IMG/VR virus record: IMGVR_UViG_3300043105_000062 | Coordinates: 1 to 64,000 of that record | Length of the DNA stretch: 64,000 bases | DNA from: an uncultured virus (IMG/VR IMGVR_UViG_3300043105_000062) | Lineage: Duplodnaviria; Heunggongvirae; Uroviricota; Caudoviricetes | Reading direction: 5' to 3' (one strand) | Shown here: positions 55,414-64,000 of the stretch, in pieces | Layout of the letters: the number at the start of each line of letters is the position of its first letter | How positions within the stretch are numbered: position 1 is the stretch's first letter | Translations under genes and position numbers: made by a program | The notes under the pieces: generated by a model | Told to the model about the DNA's origin: nothing | The model's database searches: none | Seen by the model: only the letters and a program-made list of their open reading frames with translations

Positions 55414-56907
55414 TTAGTTTGAAGTTTTATTGCCGGCACGACTAATGCAGTACGGCAATGTTATTTTTTGACGAAAGCCATCAACTCCAAAGGTTGTATT
55501 GACTTCCTCAACTAAGTATATGCCATTTTTACCCGGATAGCGCGTATCTATCAGTTCTACTTGGTCAGCTGTGCTCAAATGCAAATCGCCAAACAATGTG
55601 ATGGATCCTTCAATGCCGGTCATATTATAGCCTTCATAATACTTGATAGCTTCTTCTGCCAATTTCTCAGTAGTGATTGGTCGGGTCTTTGATACAAAAG
55701 CAATCTGAGTGTAAAGCTTCATATCGACTTTATCGTTGGGCGCATCGGTCAAATATCGTTTGCCCGCCTTCAACGCCTTCTTACTCAGCTTAGTCTCATT
55801 TACATAGCGGTAAGCCGGATTGCTGGATGACTCTTCCTTTGAGCTATCATACTGAGGGTTCTTGATGATGGTGATGTTGATAAACTTATCGTCAGCATCA
55901 ATTCCTTTCGCTTGAACAGCCAAAAAGTCTTTATCTGAAGATGTAAGCGACAGACCATTGCTCGCCACATGATAGTCAAAATGTATTGGCGTAGGAGTAG
56001 GGGTCGTTTTTGCTTTGAGCAAAGAATCATTGCCGGGATTAGAAAAATATGCCCTACCAATCTGAATCGCCGGCTGACCATTATAATCGCTAACATAACA
56101 GAATAAACCATACTTGGCCCATTCAGTAAGCACATCGGCGACAGTCAAATCGGTACTTAATTCAACTGCACCTAAATCAAAATCCATTTTGGCTGTGTCC
56201 GGGTGTAATATCAAGCCTGTATCCTGGAGTAACTTGTATCGTCCATCCTCGCCAATAAAATCTTTGACTTCACATTTCTTGAGCTTGACTTTAGGGCATG
56301 TAATGGTCTTCAAATAGCTGGCAAGATTTTCACATTCCAGCTCAATCGGGGTGTCCAAACTTACCTTAGTAATATATCCATCAAACATCAGGCTCATATA
56401 CTCTTTGCCGTCTGCCTTTTTATGTTTAAAATTGCTTTGGTAAGACTTACGGGTTTCTTCATCGTTATATATTGTTTTCTGACCTGTATTGTTCGTCTTT
56501 GCCATTGCAGCCACTTTGGGGTCTGTGGTGTACCCAAGATAAATCTTAATACGCTGACCTACACTAAATGTACTGGTGGTAACAGTAGAAGTTTCTGAAC
56601 TACGATTTTCTTCAACTACACCGCTATTCGACAGTGTTACAGTAACAGATTCAAAATCTTTCTGTTGCTCATCAGTGCGCCCTTCAATCGTTTTGCGAAG
56701 AATAGTGCCACGAGGAAATCGAACCGATGCTGTACCGATGAGTTTTTTATAAGACTCCTCGATCTCCACATGCTCAACCTCACAAATACGCATAATAGAG
56801 CCTTGAACATCTCCGTTAGGCTTCTTTTTATCCTGCGGTTTCCACACTTCAATTAATGAAATCAAAATGTGAAAACCGGGTTGTTTATTAGTATTGAAAA
56901 CTGCCAT
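55414..56907 (-). CDS. Baseplate hub (gpD/gp27-like, putative)
   Basis: GQRIKIYLGY, FDGYITKV, IELECE, GSITLFG, GIYLVEEV.TTFG..GFRQ.I; start reassigned to 56907. Confidence 0.7.
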   Translation of the reverse strand: MAVFNTNKQPGFHILISLIEVWKPQDKKKPNGDVQGSIMRICEVEHVEIEESYKKLIGTASVRFPRGTILRKTIEGRTDEQQKDFESVTVTLSNSGVVEENRSSETSTVTTSTFSVGQRIKIYLGYTTDPKVAAMAKTNNTGQKTIYNDEETRKSYQSNFKHKKADGKEYMSLMFDGYITKVSLDTPIELECENLASYLKTITCPKVKLKKCEVKDFIGEDGRYKLLQDTGLILHPDTAKMDFDLGAVELSTDLTVADVLTEWAKYGLFCYVSDYNGQPAIQIGRAYFSNPGNDSLLKAKTTPTPTPIHFDYHVASNGLSLTSSDKDFLAVQAKGIDADDKFINITIIKNPQYDSSKEESSSNPAYRYVNETKLSKKALKAGKRYLTDAPNDKVDMKLYTQIAFVSKTRPITTEKLAEEAIKYYEGYNMTGIEGSITLFGDLHLSTADQVELIDTRYPGKNGIYLVEEVNTTFGVDGFRQKITLPYCISRAGNKTSN

Positions 56908-56911
56908 AGCA

Positions 56912-58024
56912 TCAAATGTTTGGTACAAGTTCATCAAGCCCTGCTGCTGCGACTGAAACTGCTGCATTGGTAGCCGCACTTACAGCGGTACTTGCTGCCA
57001 TTTGAGCGAGCTTGTTATCAAGAATAGCTGTGTACCATGTATCCCAACTTGATGATGAGATAACATCGTTAATCGCGGCAATAGTATCACCGCTCAATTT
57101 AATCGCATCGTCAGGCTCAACCGCAACACACGAAAAGCTATACGGTTGAATATTCTTGTATTGCGGCGAGTCCAATGAAAAATCCTGGATAATAACTTGA
57201 GTCACACCAAGAGTTCCAAACGCATAACAGTTTACTTTGACAATACCTTGATACTGCATAATTTTCAAGAACCGTTTCACAGCTTCAGTTGGGTACACAC
57301 CTTCTTCATCAGATACAATCGAACCGCTAACATTGTACTTCAAATCGCCTCCAGACACAAGTTCTTTACGAGTATAATCTCGTCCTTGAACCTGAGTAAG
57401 AACAACGTTTTTGCTGCTGTTCATAGACACAGTTGGCGCAAGGTCAATATGAAATACTGTTTTGGTGTTGAAAGTTTCTTTTTTATATGTCTTAGCAACG
57501 TGTTCTATTTCATTGCCTGGGTTCCACAACTTTTCAAGTGTAGATTTCTTTTTTATCGTATAAGATTCTGTTTCACTACCCCATACTAAATCAGTATAAG
57601 ATAATTCTTCTTCATCATCATACGAAAGAATTAGCGCTTCAGGGACTGGAGTGCCATATTTAGTTTTTGCAATCAATTTATGACCTCCCTGACAAGTGAT
57701 GCTACCAAACCCTTCAGTAGATTTAGCTCCGTTCTCAATAAGTACTTGACGATTTTCTTCTTGAGCTTTACGTGCCGCTTCTACTTGTTGTTTTGCCACA
57801 TGCTTCTGATACTTTGGAAGGAGAGAATTGAGCTCCCCTTCCAAAGTAGATATAGCAAGCTGCTTGGCAATATGCACCAAGACGCTCTTATATGCAGACT
57901 GGGAAACGTATTGCAAGCTCCCGGTCTTTTGTTGATACCGCCAGTTGAGGCTACTGACAAATTGTGTGGTTGCATTGCCTGCATTGAAAGCTAAATTAGA
58001 CCACACTCCTCCGAAATAACTCAT
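56912..58024 (-). CDS. Tail tube initiator-like protein
   Basis: KNVVLTQVQGRDYTRKELVSGGD; immediately follows the tape measure. Confidence 0.6.
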   Translation of the reverse strand: MSYFGGVWSNLAFNAGNATTQFVSSLNWRYQQKTGSLQYVSQSAYKSVLVHIAKQLAISTLEGELNSLLPKYQKHVAKQQVEAARKAQEENRQVLIENGAKSTEGFGSITCQGGHKLIAKTKYGTPVPEALILSYDDEEELSYTDLVWGSETESYTIKKKSTLEKLWNPGNEIEHVAKTYKKETFNTKTVFHIDLAPTVSMNSSKNVVLTQVQGRDYTRKELVSGGDLKYNVSGSIVSDEEGVYPTEAVKRFLKIMQYQGIVKVNCYAFGTLGVTQVIIQDFSLDSPQYKNIQPYSFSCVAVEPDDAIKLSGDTIAAINDVISSSSWDTWYTAILDNKLAQMAASTAVSAATNAAVSVAAAGLDELVPNI

Positions 58025-58028
58025 TTTA

Positions 58029-61000
58029 TTATGAAGTTGCGAGGTCGTTCAGCATCATGGTTCCGTCAGCGGCGGCCTCATAGAGTGCATAAGCTACCTC
58101 TCGTTTAACTCTTTCGATTATTGCGACATTCTCGCCCTTAGTCAAGTCGATTGAATCAACATTCATCAAGTTTTGGATATTGATGTTGATTTGCTTTGGT
58201 ATAGCACGGTTGGTCTGGTGAGACTTGTAATCTGAAGTGTTAGTGCCATGACCATTACCGTTGGTTCCGGTATGGTTTGTGTCATCATTGTCTCCAGTAT
58301 TAAAGTTCCTGCCCTTCCAACCTTTTACATGACCACCACCTAATGAAACAATATTGCTGGCGCCTTGCAAACTCAAAGTGTTAGGCTTCATATTGTTCAT
58401 CGACCTATTAAAGGCAGCAGTCAACGGATTTGTCCTTGTGTTGAGCCAAGAGTTGTTTTGACCCAAGGAGAACACAGGCGTTGTGCCAAAGTTAAAGCCT
58501 CCGCTCAACGGTGTGACACCAATGCCACCGGTCGCACCTACGCCACCAGTAACACCACCATCACCTGTATATGACGGAGATGGCAAATATGACCCCCATC
58601 TTGGCCAGCCAAGCGCCAAATTGCCAAGATTGAACAAATTATTAGTCAAGCCTGAGAATGTACTGTTCCAGTCTTGTCCTAACGCTCCACTCAACCCCAT
58701 AATAGAGTTGCCTAAGCCAGTCATCTGGGTTTGCAGCATCACCAAATTGCCATTCTCATCAATAGCCTCGTATAGCTGAGAAAGTTCATTCCAGCGATAT
58801 AGCTGACCATTCAAAGTTATTTCTTGGTTCTGAGCAACATCTATTAACTCATCAGAAGCGCCCATAAACGCTTGCGCTTGAGTGAGCAATGTCTGACAGA
58901 AGCCAATCAATGCTGCACCAGCAGGTTCAGCGGCAGCGCCTGATTTTTGAACCGCATCAATAACTGACTGCATGTTTGAAGCAGCCATCTGAGCAGCTTG
59001 TTGTGCATCGTAGTGCTTCGTTTCACCTGTCTTTTCATCTTTAATATCAAGCCAAGTGAACGTTCCATCTTTGAAACCATAATGAGAATACCATTCTGCA
59101 ATATTATTGGGGTCATAGTCTTTCATGTTGAGACCTGGCTGATCACCAATAACAAAGCGTAAATAATTCGCCAATGTAGATGCAGTCAATGTATTAGAAT
59201 CTACTTCGTTTCTAAAGCTGGTAAACGCTTCTTGCATCGGCTCCAATATAGCTTGCAGCTGAGTCCACATATACTTACGTGTCTGCTCATCAAGAAGCAT
59301 ACGAGCCATATCCCAGTCAGTATCTTTAATATCGCTGAGAGAAACAAGATTATTGAGATACTGAGGGTCGTTTGAGTGTATGATTGAATTTATGTAATCG
59401 TTGAACTCAGAAGTCGAAGCACCTCTATAGCCCATCTTAGCAACATTCATACGCATATTGGCAACTAACTTTTCATAATAGCCCCCAGGAGCCATTAATT
59501 CAGCTGTTGCAGCTGCGCTTGCCCATGCTGCTTTTAATCCATTGGTAGTTCCATTGCCTGCTCTAATAACTTCTTCGCCATTCTCTCCAGTAACAGTATA
59601 TACAGACCCGCCCTTACCATTTGACACATAGCTGCCTTTAACCTTATCAGCAGTTGTCAAATAATAAGCACCACCAAAATTAACAAGATGCAAATTCGAG
59701 CCAAACTTGTCTTGATATATACTATTAAAACTATCAAGCTGCTTACCGCTCCACATGTCATCAGACTTATCCATCAGCTCTTTGAACACACCGGTAGAAG
59801 CCTCCATCGGGTTTTCTCCAGTCTGCAAGCCAAGTAGCTGAGCGGTTAGCTCAATACGCTTTTCAACAAGGTCGTTTATATCTTTATGCTTGGTATATTG
59901 CTGTTCCAGATACTGCATAATAGTGTTTTCTGAATTAGCAATCGTACCATTCTTGATAACATTCTGCTGAGCAAAGTCTTGCATTTCGCCATATATTTTT
60001 TTCGACTCAACCCAGCTACTACGTAATGCTGCAAGGCCACCTAAAGCAGCGGCTACGCCAGCTACGCCCCATCCAATAGGACCGCCCATCATAGCAGCTG
60101 CACCAGCAACGCCAAACAATGCACCAGATGCGGTATCCCAACCGTTATCAGCGTCAGCCGCCTTCGACAAGCCATACATCATGGCTGCACTACCGACAAG
60201 GTTTCCAGCCATGCTGCCAACTTGGTTCAAAGCCATACGCTTGCCCATTTTGCCGCCATAACGTTTCTTATAATTAGCAAGAGCGGCAGCATTTTCTTCA
60301 GCGGACAATGCAGCATCATAGTGTGGACGAGGTATGCTACTTACAGGAGCGCCAAATTTCCAAATAGTTTTACCGCCAATCTGGAATGAGCCTCTACGTA
60401 AAGCATCCATCGTATTACTTGAAAATCCGGGAGCCCATGAAATAGGCCCATTGTATCTTACAACGCCTGGCGCAACTGTAGTGGCTGTTAATCCGCCCAT
60501 AGCTTTTACTGCTCTTGTGCCAGCTACAGATGCAGATCTGCCAAGCAGCTGGAATGAATTAGCAATACCTGTAATCATATAGCCAACTTTCTTGATACCC
60601 AAGAGAGCAAGCATAATACTTCTAAATGCTGTAACACCTTTGACAACCGGCCAAATCATTAGCTGGAACTTAGCCCATGCTTTAATGACTCCACCGAACT
60701 TATCAAAGAACCATACAAACCATTTTGAAGCATCAATCATCACATGAACAAACTCCATCATGGTGTCAGACACACGTTTAAATGCAGCAGTAGCTTGGTC
60801 TGATTTCAGCCAGTTTATAGCACTACTCATTAAGTTGCGCAGCTGCCCTTGTATTCCGCTAAAAGCTGTAACTCCCTTGTCGGTGAACACAGATGTTAAT
60901 TGCGCCCACAGACCCTGAAGTGTATTCTTTTTCTCGTCAGCAAGTGAAGAAGACAGCCCTTTAGACAAGTAGTTCTCTAAATATACATCTTCCCACTTAC

Positions 61001-62339
61001 CAACGTGACTCGACAATGCAACAGCACCTGAAGCGGCTGTCTTATGGAATAGTTGATAATATGATGCAACGTCAAGATTGGCGTTATTGAGTTCCTTGAA
61101 AATTTCAAGTAATCCTTTTCTTGAACCATCAGATTTAAATCGACTAATGCCTATTGCATCCCACGCCTTCTGCTGTTTCTTAGTCGGGTTTACGATATTG
61201 GCCATAATGGTACGTAAAGTCGTACCAGCCTGAGAACCCTTAATACCGGCATCACCTAACACACCAATAGCCGATGTAGCCTCCTCAAAAGGAACATCAC
61301 CAGCCGATAACAGAGATGCTGCATATTTGTAAGCCTCAGCAATTTCTGTCAAAGTGGTATTAGACATGGTAAACGTGTTCGTCATTACATCCGCTGCATT
61401 ACGCATTTTCTGAGGTGCGATATTATAAGCGGTCATAATATTCGTTACCAAATCGGCAGTCTGTCCTAAGTCTGTATCGCCAACAAGCGCAATATCCGCA
61501 ATAGGTCTGATAGATTGCTTGATAGACTCTACGTCAAAGCCAGCCATTGCCAAGAACTTAGCAGCATCAGCAACTTCAGTAACTTTGAATTTAGTCTCCA
61601 TGCCAACATTACGAATAACGGCACTCATATTAGCAAAGCGACCGGTGAAATCCTCATCCGTATCATGCGATTTAAGGATATTCTCAACGGTCTTCATCAC
61701 GTTATCATATTCGACAGCCTGATCTACTACATTTGAAATGAGTGTGCCCATTCCGGCAATACCATAAGCGATACCCATACCCTTCAGCATATCAATCGCC
61801 ATGCCACCATTATTAGGAAGCGGCGTAGGGCCCCACAACTTATATCCAAGGTTTGTAGTATTGGCAGCGCTGGGGAATATGCTCCTTGGAGCGGTACGAG
61901 CAGTGCGTGAAGCAGCAGCTCTTGTTGATGTGCGAGAGCGAGACGGGGCGGCAGGCGCAGGTGCAACAGCAGGGGTAGCAGAACTTCCACCACCTCTTGC
62001 AGCGGCTCGCTTACTACCTTTGCCCTTTACGGTCGCACCGCCAAGATAGATACCCATTGCATTGATTCGCTCCAGCTCGCCTCTAACCATTTGTAGAGAG
62101 CGTACCAATTTACCAATCTTCTGAGTGGCAGGGCGAGTATCTACCTTAACAGTATATGGTTTATTAGCCAAGGCACCAAGTGTCTCAATAAGACCACGAG
62201 TTTTGGCTTGCAAATCTACAAGCGGTTTCGTAGCCTTATCCATTGACATCAGCGTCCGCTTAAACGCATTAATCGCGTTTGAGGCAGTCGTCGCATCAAC
62301 GTTGACTATATAATTGACTTGATATGTTTGTCCAGCCAT
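58029..62339 (-). CDS. Tail tape measure protein
   Basis: EVADAAKFLAMAG, LGDAGIKGSQAGTTLR (TP901-type TMP core); 1436 aa. Confidence 0.92.
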   Translation of the reverse strand: MAGQTYQVNYIVNVDATTASNAINAFKRTLMSMDKATKPLVDLQAKTRGLIETLGALANKPYTVKVDTRPATQKIGKLVRSLQMVRGELERINAMGIYLGGATVKGKGSKRAAARGGGSSATPAVAPAPAAPSRSRTSTRAAASRTARTAPRSIFPSAANTTNLGYKLWGPTPLPNNGGMAIDMLKGMGIAYGIAGMGTLISNVVDQAVEYDNVMKTVENILKSHDTDEDFTGRFANMSAVIRNVGMETKFKVTEVADAAKFLAMAGFDVESIKQSIRPIADIALVGDTDLGQTADLVTNIMTAYNIAPQKMRNAADVMTNTFTMSNTTLTEIAEAYKYAASLLSAGDVPFEEATSAIGVLGDAGIKGSQAGTTLRTIMANIVNPTKKQQKAWDAIGISRFKSDGSRKGLLEIFKELNNANLDVASYYQLFHKTAASGAVALSSHVGKWEDVYLENYLSKGLSSSLADEKKNTLQGLWAQLTSVFTDKGVTAFSGIQGQLRNLMSSAINWLKSDQATAAFKRVSDTMMEFVHVMIDASKWFVWFFDKFGGVIKAWAKFQLMIWPVVKGVTAFRSIMLALLGIKKVGYMITGIANSFQLLGRSASVAGTRAVKAMGGLTATTVAPGVVRYNGPISWAPGFSSNTMDALRRGSFQIGGKTIWKFGAPVSSIPRPHYDAALSAEENAAALANYKKRYGGKMGKRMALNQVGSMAGNLVGSAAMMYGLSKAADADNGWDTASGALFGVAGAAAMMGGPIGWGVAGVAAALGGLAALRSSWVESKKIYGEMQDFAQQNVIKNGTIANSENTIMQYLEQQYTKHKDINDLVEKRIELTAQLLGLQTGENPMEASTGVFKELMDKSDDMWSGKQLDSFNSIYQDKFGSNLHLVNFGGAYYLTTADKVKGSYVSNGKGGSVYTVTGENGEEVIRAGNGTTNGLKAAWASAAATAELMAPGGYYEKLVANMRMNVAKMGYRGASTSEFNDYINSIIHSNDPQYLNNLVSLSDIKDTDWDMARMLLDEQTRKYMWTQLQAILEPMQEAFTSFRNEVDSNTLTASTLANYLRFVIGDQPGLNMKDYDPNNIAEWYSHYGFKDGTFTWLDIKDEKTGETKHYDAQQAAQMAASNMQSVIDAVQKSGAAAEPAGAALIGFCQTLLTQAQAFMGASDELIDVAQNQEITLNGQLYRWNELSQLYEAIDENGNLVMLQTQMTGLGNSIMGLSGALGQDWNSTFSGLTNNLFNLGNLALGWPRWGSYLPSPSYTGDGGVTGGVGATGGIGVTPLSGGFNFGTTPVFSLGQNNSWLNTRTNPLTAAFNRSMNNMKPNTLSLQGASNIVSLGGGHVKGWKGRNFNTGDNDDTNHTGTNGNGHGTNTSDYKSHQTNRAIPKQININIQNLMNVDSIDLTKGENVAIIERVKREVAYALYEAAADGTMMLNDLATS

Positions 62340-62363
62340 AATTTGTATGAGTCTTTTTACAAA

Positions 62364-62389
62364 GAATAGAGATACGAGGAATTACTCGG
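62364..62389 (-). promoter_or_regulatory. Candidate late promoter CC-N18-CTATTC
   Basis: Minus strand CC-N18-CTATTC, 24 nt before the TMP ATG. Confidence 0.55.
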
Positions 62390-62399
62390 TTAAAGATAA

Positions 62400-62431
62400 C
62401 CCCCAGCTGCACAGAATTTGGCAACTGGGGG
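62400..62431 (-). terminator. Hairpin/terminator after the tail chaperone
   Basis: CCCCCAG.TGC...GCA.CTGGGGG inverted repeat. Confidence 0.5.
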
Positions 62432-62448
62432 CATCAACGAGTTATAAG

Positions 62449-62640
62449 TTATAGACCTAAAGCACTTGCCTGTCGCGTGATGACCATTTGACTGTGCATC
62501 CACTCAGCGTCGTTAACGAGAATGGCAAAATCTTCGTCGTCGAGGTCTTCAATATTGACTCCCGGAAAGTAATGTCTTAGGAAAATTATCTTTTGACGAA
62601 AGTAATCATCCTCTTTTACTTCCCAGGCTTCGATAAATTT
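62449..62640 (-). CDS. -1 frameshift extension of the tail assembly chaperone (GT-like)
   Basis: Slippery A_AAT_TTA at 62634-62640; the -1 frame reads FIEAWEVKEDDYFRQKIIFLRHYFPG...ASALGL*. Confidence 0.8.
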   Translation of the reverse strand, partial: KFIEAWEVKEDDYFRQKIIFLRHYFPGVNIEDLDDEDFAILVNDAEWMHSQMVITRQASALGL

Positions 62641-63014
62641 ATGACACGGCCACCGCGCATTTTGATGATGTGCTGAAGCTGGCCCATAAGACCGAACAAG
62701 AACAATGAGTCATTGTCGATAAGCTCCTTGTCACCGTCGAGGAAACAGTCCTTAGCGAGCTGACGCATAGCCGACACTTGGTCTTTCTGTGCGAATGTCA
62801 TGTACTTCGAGAAGGTGGGGAATGAAGGCTGAGTGAAGTAGCCTACGTAAACCTCTTTCTCGTCGTCACCCTCGCCGAATACGAGCAAGGGGTAAACCTT
62901 AGCCTTGGGGTTGGCTTCTTTTAGGTCGGCAACCTTCTTTTCGATGGTTGCTTGCAATTTCGGATCAAGAGCATCTTCCTGCTCTACGGTCTCAAGATTT
63001 TCCTTATCTTCCAT
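62616..63014 (-). CDS. Tail assembly chaperone (G-like)
   Basis: Between tube and tape measure; start reassigned to MEDKENL. Confidence 0.8.
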   Translation of the reverse strand: MEDKENLETVEQEDALDPKLQATIEKKVADLKEANPKAKVYPLLVFGEGDDEKEVYVGYFTQPSFPTFSKYMTFAQKDQVSAMRQLAKDCFLDGDKELIDNDSLFLFGLMGQLQHIIKMRGGRVINLSKPGK

Positions 63015-63048
63015 TTTGTTGAATATATTAAAGTTTACTTTCACTCAA

Positions 63049-63075
63049 GAATAGAGGAATTAAAGAATGATGAGG
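63049..63075 (-). promoter_or_regulatory. Candidate late promoter CC-N19-CTATTC
   Basis: Same motif, upstream of the tail chaperone. Confidence 0.5.
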
Positions 63076-63091
63076 TGAAAATATAGCAAAG

Positions 63092-63123
63092 AAAATGCGG
63101 CACCGGAATTAACCGATGCCGCA
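63092..63123 (-). terminator. Intrinsic terminator after the tail tube gene
   Basis: TGCGGCA.CGG...CCG.TGCCGCA stem with AAAA on the + strand (U tail on minus). Confidence 0.6.
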
Positions 63124-63154
63124 CCGTTCACTCTAATAAACTCTATGGAAGAAG

Positions 63155-63604
63155 TTATTTAGTGCTGGGGACAATCTTGAACGGGTTGAGTTCAAACTCC
63201 TTAGTGATGTTGGTATCGTCCTGAGATACCTCCATACCGTCCTCGTTAAAGAGGCAACCCTTCAATGTTACAGTCTCGGTTGAGAAGTCCTGAGTGTTGA
63301 ACTCATTGGCGAATGAAACTACGAGGTCAAACTCGCCCAAGTTCATAAGCGAACCTTTCAGTGCGCGAAGCTGAACCTGAGTATTGTAGTCCATTGTAAT
63401 CTGTGCCGTGTACTCGGTATTACCGAAACCACGGTTCACAGGTTCACCGCCCAGACCATAGTTAGACTCAACCTTCTTCTTGATGTTCCACTTGATAGCG
63501 GTAACACCCTGAAGAATTGTGGGGTTGGCATTAGCAGAACCAGTCAACGCAGGAGCGGTGAGCTGTACCATTGCCCATGAGTATGCGACGTTATTGATAA
63601 TCAT
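63155..63604 (-). CDS. Tail tube protein
   Basis: INNVAYSW, YGLGGEPVNRGFGN; follows the sheath. Confidence 0.8.
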   Translation of the reverse strand: MIINNVAYSWAMVQLTAPALTGSANANPTILQGVTAIKWNIKKKVESNYGLGGEPVNRGFGNTEYTAQITMDYNTQVQLRALKGSLMNLGEFDLVVSFANEFNTQDFSTETVTLKGCLFNEDGMEVSQDDTNITKEFELNPFKIVPSTK

Positions 63605-63622
63605 ATTCTTATACTATTTTGT

Positions 63623-64000
63623 TTACTGGCTGACGTAAAGACCTTCGGTGACTTCGATAGACTCGGCACAGCCCATAGGAACGATGCCATACGAGAGGGT
63701 CAGCTTTTTAGTTACAAGAATGTTTTGGTCAGACGATACAGTCACGAATGAAGTACCGCTAATCTCCTCAGCGCTCTCCATCTCGTCAAGCACATCTGTA
63801 ACGAGGTTCTCGAATACAGTAACTTGAGCCGAAGAAAGTTCGCCTGAAGACGGATCAACTTTGATAGGCGAGTTGACGTAAGGCAACAGAGCGGTACGAA
63901 CCAACTTGCGAGATTTGTTGATTGCACGGTTGCGAGCAATAGTGCAATAGTCGCCGGCAGAGCAGGTGTGGTCATTTGCGAAGTACACGTGGCCCTCAAG
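63623..64000 (-). CDS. Tail sheath protein, C-terminal part (truncated by window edge)
   Basis: DY..IARNRAINK..R, EISG, QNIL, IVPMG...I.V..G sheath C-terminal pattern. Confidence 0.8.
   Translation of the reverse strand, partial: LEGHVYFANDHTCSAGDYCTIARNRAINKSRKLVRTALLPYVNSPIKVDPSSGELSSAQVTVFENLVTDVLDEMESAEEISGTSFVTVSSDQNILVTKKLTLSYGIVPMGCAESIEVTEGLYVSQ

Noticed and set aside
1..64000. Alternative genetic code, and the many short antisense ORFs within large genes
   Set aside because: Standard code gives dense full-length genes ending in TAA, TAG and TGA; the nested antisense ORFs lack motifs

Overview
This is a 64-kb segment of a large temperate myovirus of Bacteroidota; host-type TTTG-N19/20-TAnnTTTG promoters and an att core resembling the 3' end of Bacteroidales tRNA-Phe point to that host group. 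From left to right it carries an RNase H fragment, a candidate attP and tyrosine integrase, a neck protein, and an intein-containing large terminase. Next come a lysis cassette with small terminase, a replication/recombination block (DnaQ, Gmk, split DnaE, PIF1-like helicase, primase, DnaB, sigma factor, RuvC, SbcCD, SSB), an intein-containing NrdJ and ThyX. The rest is a contractile-tail module (baseplate, fibres, tape measure, chaperone, tube, sheath). The tail module holds a complete diversity-generating retroelement: target/VR, hairpin, avd, then a TR lying in frame inside rt. The most unusual feature is dnaE, broken inside its PER-x-x-x-PD motif. The two halves carry what look like catalytically dead split-intein (Hint) remnants, and a helicase gene lies between them. 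Also seen: a class 3 (Met1, WCT) intein, a recurrent CC-N18-CTATTC motif before late genes, and a -1 frameshift in the tail chaperone. All protein family calls come from motif recognition by eye, with no database searches.
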